DNA of 51,216 nucleotides, filler included, from Catajapyx aquilonaris (Eukaryota): the NCBI GenBank assembly GCA_000934665.2. It is 2 parts of 2 records of this genome, joined end to end, with 100 filler letters (N's around TTAATTAATTAA, not from the genome) between each part and the next. Parts side by side here need not be neighbours in the genome. Positions count along the whole stretch, not along the records: positions 25,682 to 51,216 come from KZ539336.1; 1 more part is not named here. One strand, given 5' to 3'. The notes under the pieces were generated by a model that saw only the letters and a list, made by a program, of their open reading frames with translations, did not search any database and was not told where the DNA came from. Shown here one piece after another: positions 48,862 through 51,216 of this stretch. The translations under genes were made by a program, and so were the position numbers. Positions within the stretch are counted from its first letter, which is position 1. Every line of letters begins with the position of its first letter.

Positions 48862-49172
48862 ACCCCTTCATCGCGTGCAGAGTTCATTGGGTCACCTCTG
48901 GCTTCGTCTCGGGTGGTATTTCCTACAGACTAAACCACCCGGGGGAGTTCACTAAAAATGGCCACATTAAGACATTGCACTGCACCTTGCACATCCCCTC
49001 CTGTCATCCTGCCCGTGGGCCCGGGCGCTTCAAAAATCAGGTTCCAGTGTATGTACAATAAAGATACAATAAAGGTCCGTGCCGCATACCCCAAGAGGGT
49101 CAGGCACTACCCGGATTATTATTATTATTATTGTTATTATTATTATTATTATTATTATTAATAATAATAATA
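48862..49172 (+). mobile_element. 5'-truncated SINE with family-B body and a different tail ending in (ATT)n
   Basis: CCCCTTCATC(G/T)CGTGCAGAGTTC...CGGGTGGTATTT...ACAGACTAA...GCACTGCACCTTGCAC...GGGCGCTTC matches 24642-24806; downstream sequence differs. Confidence 0.85.
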
Positions 49173-49593
49173 TTTGGAATCATTACGAAACACCATGTAT
49201 ACCAGCAGGTATGTATTTTCTCATCATCCACAAATCTGTGAACACTGGAAATTCAACATATCCTCACAGTCCATAAAATTTCCATGTAAGATACTGTATA
49301 GAACTATAGATGTTAGCTTAATTCTGAAATACGTGATATGTGAAACGTTTTCTTTGGCAGAACAGCATTGCCATTGGTTTTCTCTCCTGTCCACACTTCT
49401 TCTGATCGCAGTTGTAGCTCAAAATTTCTTCACGTACATATAGTACACATGTATAACATTGTTGAAACACAGCGTGTCCCAAATAAATTATTGTTATGGT
49501 AGTGTATTTTGTTGTTGTTGATTGTGATTGCGTTTAAAACATTTTCCCCTTGGGGTTTACTGTCTTTCAACTGATGGTATTAGTCAATGTGAG

Positions 49594-49860
49594 ACCGAGA
49601 TAATGTGCTTCAAACACAAAGTATAAAATATCCTGGCACGTATGCGTCCCTCCACGCGATCTTACCTTTTAAGGTGTTGCCATGTAATTTAATTTAAATT
49701 TACGATCCTGTTGGGTGTAGCAGGGAATGGCCTAGGGCCCTAGGCGATGGAAGTGCCGTAAGCAGTATCCGAAATCTATAAGCTGGGATAATGCACTTTC
49801 TATTTAATGCTCATTATCTCGGTAACAATTCGGCGGAGACCCAGGTTGCATATACTTAAA
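49594..49860 (+). mobile_element. Partial copy of the Tc1/mariner-like MITE at 26615-27044
   Basis: ACCGAGATAATGTGCTTC...TATCCTGGCACGTATGC...CCTAGGCGATGGAAGTG...CGGAGACCC shared; outer TIRs missing. Confidence 0.85.
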
Positions 49861-50369
49861 CCAGCTCCATGTCACTTCCCCCCTCGTTGTATGGATACGG
49901 TAGTTTAATTACTGTGTGATCGCCAGGCTGGGAATTTGGCGCTGCACAGTGTAGTGCGTATCTGGCCTCAAAAGCTGGTCAAAATTTGATTTTTTAAAAA
50001 TGTTACTGATTCCAAAAAATTTCGTTTCCTGGAACAGATGAATGACGAGGCTATTATGACATGCAGTTGTATACTTCTTAGAGGTGTAACCCTTCGTCCG
50101 TACCAGCAGTTGAAAGTTGATGACAGTCGCGTAATATGTAGCTAATTTTAAGAGCAATTCACGGAGCGAAACATTCATTAGTATTGTTTTCAGTTATACA
50201 GAATATTTGTGAACTGTTCAATATGGAAGCTTCAGAAGAAGGTATGTACTTCATTTTAAAGAATTTCTTACAATAATATGACTAGTCTATAAGCAATTAT
50301 TAGTCCTCTAAATTATGCAATAATTTGTTTACTTTTTCCACCAAATGTGAAATATTCAAACATGATTAA

Positions 50370-51216
50370 CCCTTTGCTGCCTACGGCCATCATATGATTT
50401 CCGAGCTTGCATTGCTGGAGGGCCTACGGACATCATATGATGTCCGAAGATTTGCCCTGCCAACTTGGGTCATTTTTCAACGCAAAAAATTTCAACCTCA
50501 CCGATTTTCTTGAAATTCGATGCATTGGTAGCCCACACCAAGGGATGAAAAACGCACCTATAGTTACCTGATAAAAATGACCTCGTGACCCAATTTTGAG
50601 GGGGGCAGAGGTCAAATTTCGACCTCACCGGATTTTCTTGAAATTCGGTGCATTGGTAGCCCACACCAAGGGATGAAAAACGCACCTATAGTTACCTGAT
50701 CAAAATGACCTCGTGACCCAATTTTGAGGGGGCAGAGGTCAAATCATAAAATTCCGACCTCGCCGATTTTCTTCAAATTCGGTGCATTAGTAGCCCACAC
50801 CAAGGGATGACAAACCACCTATAGTTCCCTGCTCGACTCCTCGACATGACCCTGTGACCCATATTGGAGGGGACATATGTCAATGCGCCGAATTTCAAGA
50901 AAATTTGTGACTGGCACTTGCAAAGTCTCCCTTGTGATTCACTAAGGCGGGTAGTACGTGTACGCAAAAAATGCAAGTGTGTAACCCCCGAATTTCAAGA
51001 AAATCGGTGAGGTTGGAATTTGACCTCTGCCCTCCTCAGAATTAGGTCACGAGGTCATTTAGATCAGGTAACTATAGGTGCGTTTTTCATCCCTTGGTGT
51101 GGGCTACCAATGCACCGAATTTCAAGAAAATCCGGTGAGGTCGAAATTTGACCTCTGCCCCCCTCAAAATTGGGTCACGAGGTCATTTTTATCAGGTAAC
51201 TATAGGTGCGTTTTTC
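50370..51216. mobile_element. piggyBac-like left end followed by direct then inverted ~127-135-bp repeat array (runs off window)
   Basis: TTAA|CCCTTTGCTGCC at 50366; units start at 50496, 50623, 50758; reverse-complement units from ~50988 to the end. Confidence 0.7.

Overview
This is eukaryotic (animal, probably invertebrate) genomic DNA, intergenic or from a large intron, not a prokaryotic window. None of the supplied ORFs resembles a protein I recognise; most are chance frames or translations of microsatellites and transposons. The window is densely filled with non-autonomous DNA transposons (MITEs/foldbacks) that I could delimit from terminal inverted repeats (TIRs) and often target-site duplications (TSDs): Harbinger-, P-, hAT-, piggyBac-, Kolobok-, Tc1/mariner-, pogo/Tigger- and Sola-like. 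It also holds tRNA-derived SINEs, a decayed LINE reverse-transcriptase fragment, mini/microsatellites, and three assembly gaps, one containing an artificial TTAATTAATTAA linker. No intact transposase, RNA gene, CRISPR array or confidently identifiable host gene is present. The best leads are low-confidence minus-strand first exons and a micro-exon (7-12.8 kb), SINE/LINE tails with a covarying stem-loop, several perfect or branched palindromes, and a transposon-poor block at about 32.3-42.9 kb that may be regulatory. I found no convincing novel biological system. Superfamily labels are inferred from termini and TSDs only.
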